From NCBI GenBank assembly GCA_964016885.1, contig OZ024741.1:285634001-285698000 (forward strand): 64,000 bases of DNA. Reading direction: 5' to 3'. The notes under the pieces were generated by a model. The model was given only the letters and a program-made list of their open reading frames with translations. It was not told the origin of the DNA and did not search any database. Numbering within the stretch: the stretch's first letter is position 1; each line of letters starts with the position of its first letter. The position numbers and the translations under genes were made by a program. Of this stretch, positions 29,022-43,367 are shown piece after piece. The DNA comes from Eledone cirrhosa (lineage: Eukaryota).

Positions 29022-29727
29022 TTGCGTTGAAAGGTCCGAGAGCCCCAGCAGACAACTTGCTTTCTCCTTTATCTTATTTTTAAGCATACCTTATCTAGCA
29101 ACTACACAACCAATCAATAATCTTCTCCATATATTTTATCATGTTTCGCTGTGACCCATCTTCTCTCTCCTTCTACCTACCTGTTTTGTTGCTATCCACT
29201 CTTCCTCCTTTTTTCTTTCTCTCCCTTTCTCCCTCTCACTTTCACTCACCTTCTCCCTGCTAGCCACCTCATTGTTTCTCTCGCCTGACCCTCTAGTAGT
29301 CCTTTTCTCACTCACACTCACTGGGATCAGACGTGTCTTTTCGCTCGTCTACACCATCTAGGACTTATGTTCAGTTACTGTTGTGGACTTGAATTTTTTT
29401 TCTTCAAGTTGCTCGCACATTCTTCGGTTTGTTGTTTCCCGTTTTTTTTTTTTTTCATTGTTTTTCTCTTTTCTCTTTTCTTTTTTACCCTTTTCCCATC
29501 TGTTATCCTATATTTTCTTTCCCTCCATCCTTCGTTTTCCCAATAACTTACATAATATTTTAACGCAATGGGGTAGATATATTGTCTTTAATGCGTTGAA
29601 ATATCCGAACCCCCAGCAGACAACTGATGAGGAAATGTTCCCTCGCCCCGTTCTTGCTTTCCTCTTATTCTTATTTTTAAGCATACCATATCTAGCAACT
29701 ACATAGCCAATCCTCTTCTCCACATAT
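29022..29727 (+). repeat. Non-coding element with terminal direct repeats (~29022-29135 / ~29590-29727)
   Basis: tgcgttgaaa..ccccagcagacaact..cttatttttaagcatacc..tctagcaactaca is repeated about 570-590 bp apart. Confidence 0.7.
29562..29631 (+). ncRNA. Candidate hammerhead with reversed strand order, second copy
   Basis: gata-TA-ttgtct...GAAA-tatc...agacaa-CTGATGA; covaries with 2783-2853. Confidence 0.55.
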
Positions 29728-29780
29728 TATGTATATATATGTATATATATATATATATATATATAGTTATGTATATATAT

Positions 29781-29818
<38 letters not shown>

Positions 29819-29820
29819 GG

Positions 29821-29874
<54 letters not shown>

Positions 29875-29887
29875 TGTATATATATAT

Positions 29888-29931
<44 letters not shown>

Positions 29932-29942
29932 TGTATATATAT

Positions 29943-30120
<178 letters not shown>

Positions 30121-30156
30121 TATGTATATATATATATATATATGTAGGTATGTATA

Positions 30157-30222
<66 letters not shown>

Positions 30223-30258
30223 TATGTATATATGTATATATATATAATTATATATATG

Positions 30259-30368
<110 letters not shown>

Positions 30369-30395
30369 ATATATATATAATTATATATATATATG

Positions 30396-30433
<38 letters not shown>

Positions 30434-30435
<2 letters not shown>

Positions 30436-32785
30436 CAACGTAAACCTGAAATATGTCAACAGACACTCCAACCACCCTAGGAGCATAATTAACTTAATAG
30501 TTAAAAGCGTTTCCTACACAGTGTCCACCCTGTCGGCTAAAAGAACTATCTTCAACCAGCACGCAGAATACTATAATTCCACACTTGAAAAGGCTGCGTA
30601 CAATGAGAAGATAACTTACAATGACCAAACCAGAAGCGCAACGCTGCTAAACCCAAACAGACCCTTCGAAACGCAAATAGACGAGGACACCCCACCTAGA
30701 ACAAATACTAAGCAAATACCACCCTTAGCCGGCAGGACAGACAGCGTTACACACAACTGCCAAGGAGATAAATCTATACTCTCCAACCCCACTAAGGACT
30801 CTGAATATACGATTACGTAGTAATAGAGACCCGAGACTTAACGGCAATAGAATAGCAGGAACCCCCATGACAATTACGCCTGACCAAAATGCACCACACA
30901 ACCACCAAACTACAACAACCACACTAAACACCGTAAAGCCCGAAGCACACCCGTACTCTATACACGTTTCCACCAATATACCGGTAAACTTGTTCAGAGC
31001 TCTGGAACAATCCTTCCCACCCACCCACACATAAATACCACAAGCTCTTAATAGACACACTATCAACTTCTCCTTCTCTACAACACCAAATTTAGGCGAC
31101 ACTATAGCACACACAAATAGGACAAAAATACGCAAACACATGATAGCACCACAACCAACCTCTAGCACAACCCAAAACGAAACCACACAGACAACGTAAC
31201 ACAACGACCCACATGCAGCTCCACACAGAATAGGAATAACCGACAACGTGGCAACAAACACATAATCCCCAACTGCAACTGCAAAAAGCGGGTAGAATGC
31301 CCATTAAACGGGAAATGCCTCGTTAAAAACATTACTTATCGGTGCAATGTTAACAGCTGACCGCAAAAAGTACTCCTACATAGGGGAGACCTCGACTACG
31401 TTTAAAGAGCGCTGGTATAACCACAAAAGCTCCTTCAAACACAGGCCGAAACGATACCAAAAGAGAATGGTGGACTTGATCTGGGACATCAAAGACAAGA
31501 ACATGGAATACCAGATCAAATGGTCAGTTAAAAGACGCGTGGCCCAACTCCCCAACGACAGAAACCACTGCAGATTATGCCTGGCTGAGGCGGCTGAGAT
31601 CATTTAATTGAAATCGGCCATAAACTCAAGATCTGACATAATAATAAACTGCAGACACACGAGGATGACCACCTTCTCAGCACAAACATTCGAGGGCCAG
31701 CCACTAACCCTGCCTCAACATAGAGATAACCAACTTTGCTTTGCCACACTGTCCCTCATCTCAGTACATTTCTCTAACGTGTAACCCATTGTAACATCAG
31801 ATCTTGTAAATATCATGTCGCACCCATCACCCTCACCACCACTACCAACAAATACATCGCCATACATCCCTCATCTCAGTAATCATCCCTCATTTCAGTA
31901 CCTTTGTTTTCTCCGTGTAACCTACGTCACTTTTTAACCTGTAATCCATCGTAAAACTCGATCCTGTAAATATCATGTCGTACCCACCACCACCAGGCAC
32001 ATCGCCATACTTCTACAACCATCAACATCACCAACACATATCATCCCTCCCTAAACAACGCATGTGTGTGTGTCTGTGTGTAAGTACGTTTGTACAAGCG
32101 ACATCCCCACTGGCTATATATATATATATATATATATACACATGTGTATGTATACAACGTATTTGTCAAAATAAGGTTGTCTATATATGTATCTCCTTAT
32201 GGAATTGAACCCCCTTAACAAACCACGACCACAATCATCACACCACCATGAACACCACAACCTTTCATATTTATCACAAACAACAACACCGCACCCACCC
32301 CACACACAAAAAAACCCACATCTAAATGCCAAAGTGTCTACCGACAAACAGCACCCCAGACCACCATTCACTTCAACCTGCGATCGGCACCACCAACCCA
32401 TCACCACGACCACTTCCCACATACACTACAGGCAACAACAAACCAATGAATTAATCCACCAAAGCAAAACAAACTTTACTTATCACTATAGGAACGTCTG
32501 ACTTTATCATACAGCATGTATTCATTTTTCCATTAACATTACAAGAGGTCTGGCGAGACGCGGTTACAGAGTCGGGTTACATCGATACAGATCAAACCTT
32601 GAGCTGATCAGTAGTGAAACGCGCGTCACCAAGCTATAACGTAATGAGGGAGTAACCAATCGTCCTTGTTATCTTATTTCACTATAATGCACTATGTCTA
32701 GCTCTACACCTCGACATTGAAGTGAACCTAGATATCGAGTGCTGACCCGGGTGAACCTACAGTAACTCCGATGTACATTCCCTGT
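30434..32785 (+). mobile_element. Decayed 5'-truncated PLE (thumb, GIY-YIG, long 3' UTR)
   Basis: [12 protein letters not shown]; CPLNGKCLVKNITY; YIGETSTTFKERWYNHKSSF; CRLCLAE. Frameshifted and flanked by (TA)n. Confidence 0.88.
32547..32630 (+). ncRNA. Hammerhead-like motif with a long stem-II insert (core CTGGCGA)
   Basis: ggt-CTGGCGA-[~58 nt]-GAAA-cgcgcg-TC^acc at the PLE 3' end; A6G core change. Confidence 0.6.
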
Positions 32786-32794
32786 ATATGTATG

Positions 32795-32843
<49 letters not shown>

Positions 32844-32979
32844 GTATATATATATATAGACATATATATATATACATATATATATATATACATATATATA
32901 TATACATATACATATATATATATACATATATATATATACATATACATATATATATATACATATATATATATACATATAC

Positions 32980-33308
<329 letters not shown>

Positions 33309-33315
33309 CATATAA

Positions 33316-33416
<101 letters not shown>

Positions 33417-33433
33417 CATATATTTATACATAC

Positions 33434-33464
<31 letters not shown>

Positions 33465-33480
33465 CATATATTTATACATA

Positions 33481-33512
<32 letters not shown>

Positions 33513-33602
33513 AATATATTAGTTTTGCGAGGTTTTTTATATGAAATCGTGTGTCGAAACAAATATTGTTATACTTGGGGAGGGTCATATTTGTGTAATA
33601 TT

Positions 33603-33890
33603 CCATTACTGCTGGAAGCTCCCGGGAGCTTCCAGCAGTAATGGTTGCATTCTTTAAGGGTATGTCAATATTTATTTATAAAACTGCTCTATATTATATT
33701 TTATCTAATGAAAGCACACCATAATTTAACTTGGTGTCCTTGAAATATGTATAATGAAATAAATATGGTTTTATAAATATAGTTTCCATTTGTTAATATC
33801 GTATTTTTACTCCAATTATTTGTTAAGTGCTTTATATCAGTTATAAAAATATTTGCTTGTTTCATCCCAACAATTTAAATAGACATTTTA
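33603..33890 (+). repeat. Solo pLTR related to the 61-62 kb family, with a 42-bp perfect palindrome and a dead HHR (33698-33760, CTAATGA)
   Basis: Aligns to ~61397-61685; G5A change in the HHR core. Confidence 0.8.
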
Positions 33891-33963
33891 TATATATACA
33901 TATATACATATATATATATATACATATATATATACATATATATATATATATACATATATATAC

Positions 33964-34025
<62 letters not shown>

Positions 34026-34056
34026 AGAATAAAAGATGGTTAAAGGAGTTAGATGT

Positions 34057-34125
34057 ATTTTATTATGCGCATTTCAAAAACAAATATCATCATGTAATAA
34101 TATTTGTGTTTTCATCAGATAAAAC
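34057..34125 (-). ncRNA. Type I hammerhead ribozyme, intact core
   Basis: gttttat-CTGATGA-aaa..caaatatt/gatatttg..ttt-GAAA-tgcgca-TA^ataaaat; palindromic stem III. Confidence 0.88.
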
Positions 34126-36343
34126 AGGAGGACATGATATGAAGGCTAAAAAAACACTTGTGGATAGTTCAGTTTTAAATCAACATACGAGAAGTAGTTT
34201 TAGATTGATGTGTGATATTGGGAAAAATATTTTATTTATAGGGGGGTGGTGGAAAGGATGAAAAAAGAGGAGGAGATGAGAGTGAAGGTGGAGAGGGAGG
34301 AGTATAGTGAGGAAGGATGAGTTAGGAGGAGAGATGTGTGATAGAGAGAGAGAGATAGTTTTTATAACTGAGAAAGATATATTGTTTTACATAGAGAGGT
34401 TGAAAACCGTTGGAAGATAATGTATAAATTAAAAGAATTTGAAAATTAACGAAGCGAAAAGAGAAAAATCTGTGCGAAGAAAGAGAAGGAGTTAATATGT
34501 ATTGAGAATAATGAGTTAGATGATAGGGAGAAAAGAATAATGAATTGCGGATGAATATTCTAACGTCAAAAAAAATGTATATGTTTACGAAGGATTTTTA
34601 TAAGGTGATATAGAGTAAGAATGTGTTGTATTATGTAATAATTGATTCTATGTTAGGCAAGCGTGAGAAAAGGTACAGATTAGGGGTTAGATATTAGAAG
34701 AGAATGAAAGGAAGTGATAAATATGGGTGATGTAGAAAGAGTCAACAAGTATTATAGAAATTTGAAAATTAACGAAGAGAAAAATAATGTAAAGTTAAGG
34801 TTTGTATATTGAAGGATTTGAGAAAAATAATGTAAAGTTAAGGTTTGTATATTGAAGGATTTGATAATATGTGCGAAGAAAAAGAAAATGTTAATATGTA
34901 TTGAGAATAATGAGTTAGATGATAGGGAGAAAAGAATAATGAATTGCGGATGAATAATCTAGCGTCAAAAAAAATGTATATGTTTACGAAGGATTTTACA
35001 AGGTGATATAGAGTAAGAGTAATGAGTAAACAAGTATTATAAAATGTATAATAACCTTTGAAATAAGGTAGAAAGATGGGTATATTTTTAAAAGAAGTGT
35101 ATATATATGTGCCTTTGAGAAAAAGATTCTAAATTGATAAAGAATTGAATATTAGCTGTATACTTTGTGAAATGTTTTATGGGATTTATGCAAGCAGATA
35201 GAAAACAAGTCAGTGCGTCTATTTATTATAGAATCTAGATTAGAGATAATGGTAAATTTTTCATTTAGACAGAGATTGCAGATTTTAGATAGAGAACTGT
35301 TCAAGTATGGAGACGCAGAAGAAACCTTCTTCCAAAAGATGCTATATTTAATGTTTTTGTCTTTCAAGGACCATATGAGTTCTGAGAGAGCCGTGTTGGT
35401 TCTTTTAAGTTTGTATTTAAAAGACGAATGATGGTTATAAAGACGAGCTTTAAAAGAGGTGGAAGTGGAGCCAAAATAGGTGAAGGAATTGGTGTCAGTT
35501 ATAACTTTACATTCGTAAATTAAGTTTTTATCAAGACAATGGTTGTTGAGAGGACATTTATTTTTAATAGGGCAATTAGAGAGATTATTAATGAGTGACC
35601 TAGTGTTATCTATAGAAGGAATTGGATTGGAGAAGTTGTTTGCGATAGGAATAATAATTTTTTGATTTAGAGTGGGATTATGAACATTTAGCGAAGTTGT
35701 GTTTGACGTTGTATTTGGGTTTGTAGAAATTAGCCTAGGGTTTACAATGACGTCGGGAGTACTATTATTATGAAATTCAGTGTTGGAAGGAAGAGATTTA
35801 GTATTTAGTATTTTATTGTTGTGTTTAGAGATAATGTTGGAAATGTTGGAGGATGTAGGACAAGAAAATTTTATGGTGTGTTTGTTAAATATTTTACTAT
35901 AGATATGTGAGGGAGGGAAGCATTTATTTAAGGCACTAAAGAATAATTTAGGAATATTGTTATTAATAAAGATGGAGAAAGGAGCATAATACCAGATTTT
36001 TTTTCTCTTCGTTAATTTTCAAATTCTTTTAATTTATACATTATCTTCCAACGGTTTTCAACCTCTCAATGTAAAACAATATATATTTCTCAGTTATAAA
36101 AACTATCTATCTCTCTCTCTCTCTATCACCCATCTCTCCTCCTATCTCATCCTTCCTCACTATACTCCTCCCTCTCCACCTTCATTCTCATCTCCTCCTC
36201 TTTTTTTCATCCTTTCCACCACCCCTCTAAATAAATAAAATATGTTTCCCAATATCACACATCAATCTAAAACTACTTCTCATATGTTGATTTAAAACTG
36301 AACTATCCACAAGTGTTTTTTAGCCTTCATATCATGACCTCCT

Positions 36344-36412
36344 GTTTTATCTGATGAAAACACAAATATTATTGCATGATGATGTTTGTTTTTAAAATGC
36401 GCATAATAAAAT
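36344..36412 (+). ncRNA. Hammerhead ribozyme copy with a G12A core change (probably inactive)
   Basis: Inverted partner of 34057-34125, with GAAA changed to AAAA. Confidence 0.7.
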
Positions 36413-36536
36413 ACATGGAACTCCTTTAACCATCTTTTGTTCTTATATATTATGTATACTCCAGTCCCACAAACTGTAGAGTGCTTCTTATCCGATATCT
36501 GCATTGCTTTATTGTACTACAATAAAACTCACCTCC

Positions 36537-36642
<106 letters not shown>

Positions 36643-36649
36643 AATATAT

Positions 36650-36765
<116 letters not shown>

Positions 36766-36775
36766 TATATACATA

Positions 36776-36818
<43 letters not shown>

Positions 36819-36822
<4 letters not shown>

Positions 36823-37210
36823 TTGCGAGTTTTTTTATATGAAATCGTGTGTCGAAACAAATATTGTTATACTTGGGGAGGGTCATATTTGTGTAATATT
36901 GCCAGAATTAATAACAGAAAACACTCACTGATAATAAATATATAAACATACTAAACAAAGATGGTGTAGACAAACACTACAACGGGATGAAACAATAGCG
37001 CCACTGACGGTGTTACAGATGTACAACGAAAGAACTTTGATAGACAATATATATGTGTTTGTGTCTATATTGTATCTGTATTTTTGACCGTTGGTCAGTC
37101 TATGGCAACATTCACGACCGAATAAATTAAATTAACCGATATAAAAGACACAGAAGCGAAAACCAACCAAACAGTGAGTGTGTTCTGTTATTAATTCTGG
37201 CAATATTACA
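36819..37210. repeat. Fold-back remnant of the same pLTR family (end fragment also at 33520-33601)
   Basis: Shares ttttgcgag..gaaatcgtgtgtcgaaacaaatattgttatacttgggga; internal inverted match ~36890-36930 / ~37172-37212. Confidence 0.75.
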
Positions 37211-37211
37211 C

Positions 37212-37270
<59 letters not shown>

Positions 37271-37603
37271 CATATACATGCATATATATATATACATATA
37301 TATATACATATACATACATATATATATATATATATATACCTATATATATACATATATATATACATATATATATACATATATATATACATATATATATATA
37401 TATAAACATACATATATACATATATATATACATATATATATATATATAAACATACATATATATATACATATATATATACATATATACATATATATACATA
37501 TATATATACATATATATATATACATATATACATATATATCCATATATATACATATATATATACATATATATATACATATATATATACATATATATATATA
37601 TAC

Positions 37604-37656
<53 letters not shown>

Positions 37657-37737
37657 TATATACATATATATATATATATATGCATATATACATATATATA
37701 TATATACATACATATATACATATATATACACATATAT

Positions 37738-38343
37738 GGTGGCTCACAACTCGTTTTCAAGTATGACCACTACTTCATATCCATGTGGGAGAACCCCTAC
37801 TGATGCGCTGAACGAGTGTGACATTTTAGTCCAGCCAGCGACTTGAAAACTCTGGTACATACACTGCACTTGTGACAATTATGGACACATAGTGCTAGGC
37901 CCATGGTACCATGTGACGACAAGTGCAGAGAGATCTCCAGATATAAAGCAATGCCTGGGCCGTGAAGCTTTTATAGTGAGCAAAGGCACTGCACAAAGCC
38001 AGTCCCACTCTCTTAACTAAATGATATTTACCAAAAAGAAGAACAAGTCAACATCATTGGATACATCAGGGTTGCAGGTGTTATATCAGAGTTTTCCTTC
38101 TCCTAGAATTCTGCCTTGACAAAGGCTAAGGGGTCATCTCTCCCGGTAATTTTGGATGGCCATTGACTCTTAAGAGCTCCTTTGCCCTTTCACAGGTTTT
38201 GTTTTTAGTCCTGCAGGATGTCCAAAGTCACCCTCCTCACCAAGAAACCTTGGTAGCGTGGCCAGTTTAGTCGCCAATGACCCGACCATGAGACAGGTCG
38301 TACTGGGATACATGTTACCAGTAGCACCAACTGGTGACCTGAC
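37738..38343 (-). mobile_element. Non-autonomous ~600-bp RTE-related retroposon, longest copy
   Basis: Non-coding. Contains ctaggagaaggaaaactctgat, which I recognise from RTE 5' UTRs, and a 3' stem-loop followed by (TA)n. Confidence 0.72.
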
Positions 38344-38505
38344 ATATATATACACATATAAATATACATATATATATATATACATATATACATATATATA
38401 CATATATATATATATATTCATATATACATATATATATACATATACATATATACATATATATATATACATATATATACATATATACATATATATATACATA
38501 TATAC

Positions 38506-38536
<31 letters not shown>

Positions 38537-38679
38537 CATATTTATATATATATATATACATATAAAAATATATATACATATATAGATATGTACATATATA
38601 TAAATATATATAAATATATACATATATAGATATATATATATACATATATATATACATATATACATATATATATATTGTG

Positions 38680-38892
38680 AAGGCGCGTGGCTGAGTGGTT
38701 AGAGAATTGGATTCACAATCTTGAGGCTGTGAGTTCGATCCCTGGACAGGGTGATGCGTTATGTCCTTGGGCAAGACACATAATTTCACGTTGCTCCTTC
38801 TACCTGGAGTTGCGACCGATAGATACTACTAGCAACTGGAAAGACCAACGGAAACATTACTTCCTCGGTCCGATTTGACGAAAGTCGATTGA
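38680..38892 (+). mobile_element. tRNA-derived CORE-type SINE (family B)
   Basis: Box A tggctgagtgg, box B gagttcgatcc, CORE-like tgtccttgggcaagacac. Confidence 0.82.
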
Positions 38893-38917
38893 TCCTCATA
38901 TATATATATATATATAT

Positions 38918-38949
<32 letters not shown>

Positions 38950-39255
38950 CAATGTATACATATATATACATATATATCTATATCTATATATATATATATA
39001 TATATGAATGTATATATAGTGTATTTTGCAATACACTGTATGCTTAATTAAAAGCATTTCGAAGATCTTACGCTATTGTTTTAGAGTAGTGACAGTCTCA
39101 CTTACTTTAAATTTTCAGCAAACAGGGGAGATGTTTCGTACTTTTTGGTACTTATCAAAGCTAAGTACTCCACCTGTTTGCTGAAAATCATGAATGTTTG
39201 ATTCTTATAGAATCCTAGTTATAATCGGGAAGTGATTATTACTAGAATACATACT

Positions 39256-39319
<64 letters not shown>

Positions 39320-39324
39320 TATAT

Positions 39325-39453
39325 ATGTTCTATTTTAGGGCGTGTAACATTCCCGAGATCCATGGCCGAGTTCTCTCCAGCGGTCTCTGTCCCTAATTAT
39401 AGCTGCCATGTCCTGCGTCTCCGACAAACCATTGTCTGTCCTTAGGGCATCAA
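39325..39453 (-). mobile_element. Short LINE (RTE-like) 3'-end fragment
   Basis: [23 protein letters not shown] embedded in (TA)n. Confidence 0.55.
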
Positions 39454-39478
39454 CATATACATATATACATATATATAC

Positions 39479-39549
<71 letters not shown>

Positions 39550-39562
39550 CATATATATACAG

Positions 39563-39619
<57 letters not shown>

Positions 39620-39624
<5 letters not shown>

Positions 39625-40795
39625 GTTATACTTGGGGAGGGTCATATTTGTGTAGTAATATTGACAGAATTAATAACAGAACACACTCACTGTTTGGTTG
39701 TTTTCGCTTCTGTGTCTGGTTAATTTAATTTATTCGGTCCTCAATGTTACCATTGACTGAGCAATGTTCAAAAATACAATATACAATATAGACACAAACA
39801 CATATATATAGTCTAACAATTTTCTTTCGTTGCACATCTGCAACATCTTCAGTGGTGTTATTATGTTTCCTCATGTTGTATTGTATGCCTACGCTATCTT
39901 TATTTAGTCTGTTTATTATTTTTTTTTGTCTTCTCTGCGCATGCGTTTGCGTGTGTGTATAGTGTTTGATGTGTGTTCGTGTTTGGGTGACTGTGTATTT
40001 GTTATTGCATTCTATCTTAGTTTACTAGTGTGTGTTTATATGTGTTTGTTGTTATTGTGCTTGTGTATGTAATTATTTATTTATTTATACTCGTCTTAGA
40101 TCAGTATTGTTTGTTTGATAGAATAATATCTAAACATGGAAATGACCCAGCAGATAGTCAAATCAGAGAGGCTAGCGAAATAGAACTTAGAAGGCCAAGG
40201 CTAAACAGAAAAATTGAATGGAATAACGGCAACATCCAAACAAACAATACTGACCTAAGAGAAGTATAAATAAATAAATAAATACATAGACAAGCACAAT
40301 AATAACAAAGACATATAACCACACACTAGTAAACTAAGATAGAATACAACAACCAATACACAGTCACCCAAACACGAACACACATCAAATACTATACACA
40401 CACGCAAACGCATGCGCAGAGAATACAAAAAAATAAATGAATAAATAAACAGACTAAATAAAGATGGCGTAGGCATACAAAACAACAGGAGGAAATATAA
40501 TAGCACCACTGACGCTGTTGCAGATGTGCAACGAAAGAACTTTGTTAGACTATATATATGTGATTGTGTCTATAGCATATCTGTATTATTGACCGTTGGT
40601 CAGTCAATGGTAACATTAAGGACCGAATAAATTAAATTAACCGATATAAAAGATGCTGAAGCGAAAACCAACCAAACAGTGAGTGTATTCTGTTATTAAT
40701 TCTGGCAACATTACTACACAAATATGACCCACCCCAAGTATAACAATATTTGTTTCGACACACGATTTCTTATCAAAAACCTCGCAAAACTAATT
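39620..40795. mobile_element. PLE 3'-end fragment with ~480-bp inverted pLTR arms
   Basis: ~39620-40100 is the reverse complement of ~40255-40750. The spacer encodes a PLE-like C-terminus (DSQIREASEIELRRPRLNRKIEWN). Confidence 0.8.
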
Positions 40796-40804
40796 CATCG
40801 CCGT

Positions 40805-40900
40805 TATTGACTTTGCATTTCATACTTACGGGGTCGATAAAATAAAGTACAAGTAATGCACTGGGTAATTGCTGGCCTTGCGCCTGAAGTAAAAACGGTT
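40805..40900 (+). mobile_element. SINE family A, 3' half
   Basis: ttgactttgcatttcatacttacggggtcgataaaataaagtac. Confidence 0.75.
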
Positions 40901-40901
40901 A

Positions 40902-40935
<34 letters not shown>

Positions 40936-40946
40936 CATATATATAT

Positions 40947-41297
40947 GGTGGCTGCCAACTCGTTTTCGAGTACGGCCACTACTTTATATCCAAGTAGGAG
41001 AAACCCTACCGATGCGTTGAACGAGTGTGACTTTTTAGTCCAGCCAGTGACTTGAAAACTCTGGTAGAAACACTACACTTGTGACAACTATTGACACATA
41101 GTGCCGGACACATGGTACCATGTGATGACAAGTGCAGAGAGATCTCCAGATATAAAGCAGTGTCTGTGCCGTGAAGCTTTTATAGTGAGCAAAGGCACTG
41201 CACAAAGCCAGTCCCACTCTCTTAACCAAGATGATATTTACCAAAACGAAGAACAAGTCAACATCATTGGATACCATCAGGGTTGCAGATGTTATAT
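40947..41297 (-). mobile_element. Same RTE-related element, 5'-truncated
   Basis: High similarity to ~37738-38085; 3' stem-loop ctcg-aaaa-cgag. Confidence 0.8.
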
Positions 41298-41340
41298 AAT
41301 ATATATATATGTATATATATATTTATATATATATATATAC

Positions 41341-41393
<53 letters not shown>

Positions 41394-41411
41394 TACATAT
41401 ATATATATATG

Positions 41412-41867
41412 ATGGCTTCCAACTCGTTTTCGTGTACGACCACTACTTTATATCCATGTAGGAGAAGCCCTGCCGATGCGCTGAACGAGTGTGACTTTTT
41501 AGTCCAGCCAGCGACTAGAAAACTCTGGTACAAACACTACACTTGTGACAATTATTGACACATAGTGCTGGTCCCATGGTACCATGTGATGACAAGTGCA
41601 GAGTGATCCCCAGATATAAAGCAATGCCTGTGCTGTGAAGCTTTAATAGTGAGCAAAGGGACTGCACAAAGAGCAGTCCCACTCTCTTAACCAAGATGAT
41701 ATTTACCAAAAAGACGAACAAGTCAACAACATTGGATACCATCAGGGTTAAAGGTGTTATATTAGAGTTTTCCTTCTCCTAGAATTCTGCGTTGACAAAG
41801 GCTAAGGGGTCATCTCTCCCGGTGATTTTGGATGGCCATTGACTCTTAAGAGCTCCTTTGCCCTTTG
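41412..41867 (-). mobile_element. Same RTE-related element, 5'-truncated
   Basis: High similarity to ~37738-38190. Confidence 0.8.
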
Positions 41868-41947
41868 ATATATATATATATACATATATATATACACATA
41901 TATATATACATATATATATATACATACAGTAATATATATACACATAC

Positions 41948-41978
<31 letters not shown>

Positions 41979-42059
41979 CATATATATATACATATATATA
42001 CATATATATATACATATATGTATATACATATATATATATATATATACATATATATATAC

Positions 42060-42142
<83 letters not shown>

Positions 42143-42183
42143 CAAACATATATATAAATATATATATATATATAAATAAATAT

Positions 42184-42242
<59 letters not shown>

Positions 42243-42407
42243 TATATAAATATATATATATATATAAATAAATATATATATATATATATAAATATATATC
42301 TCTGCCGCTCATTTCGAATTTTGTTTATCGTGAACTCGTGCGCCGATTTTTCGATACTCGATCTTTCTAATATATATATATATATATATATAAATATATA
42401 TATATAC

Positions 42408-42498
<91 letters not shown>

Positions 42499-42499
42499 C

Positions 42500-42533
<34 letters not shown>

Positions 42534-42673
42534 GAAAAGTGTAATTTTCTACACAAAGCGAAGGTTATAGAGAAAATTGAGGTTGGTAATGGCACATGGA
42601 ATATATAAGAGACAGAATACTTTTTTGTGAAAAAACATAATTTTATAAGGTAAGGAAATAATAAAGGGTATAA

Positions 42674-42721
42674 AAAATGACCGGTTTCGATGGGTCTGCA
42701 AAAGCCATCTTTTCAAATGTT
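42674..42721 (-). ncRNA. Hammerhead ribozyme (mirror copy of 49052-49099)
   Basis: Exact reverse complement in the left arm of the PLE. Confidence 0.75.
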
Positions 42722-43063
42722 GATTAATATTAAGAAAAATTAATAATACGAAGAGTTAAAATTTGAGACTTGAAAATTCAAGTATAAAATTCATTGTGGG
42801 ATTTCATAGCAGTTTTCATCTTGGTAGCAACAACAGGTTGACTGCTGTGTCCCTTTCTGGTAGTGAATGAGAAGTTATTTGGGGTGTGGGTTATTTTATA
42901 AAGGTCAGATTTAGCAATCGCCAGCTGCTGGTCAGTGAGGGGGTGGAAGCAATATACATACACATATCTTCCTGTGATGGGTAGGAGAGTGGAGCGTGAT
43001 AGAAAGGGATTTAGTGCACTTACACCTATATATACACACATACCTTCATCCACACATACATAC

Positions 43064-43100
<37 letters not shown>

Positions 43101-43171
43101 CACACATACATACACACACACATATACATATACATATACATACACACACACACATATATATATATACACAT

Positions 43172-43238
<67 letters not shown>

Positions 43239-43275
43239 TATATACATACACATACATCCAGATACACACATACAT

Positions 43276-43367
<92 letters not shown>

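Noticed and set aside
42300-42370. 70-bp unique island inside TA repeats beside the PLE
   Set aside because: Too short to classify and absent from the other PLE arm.
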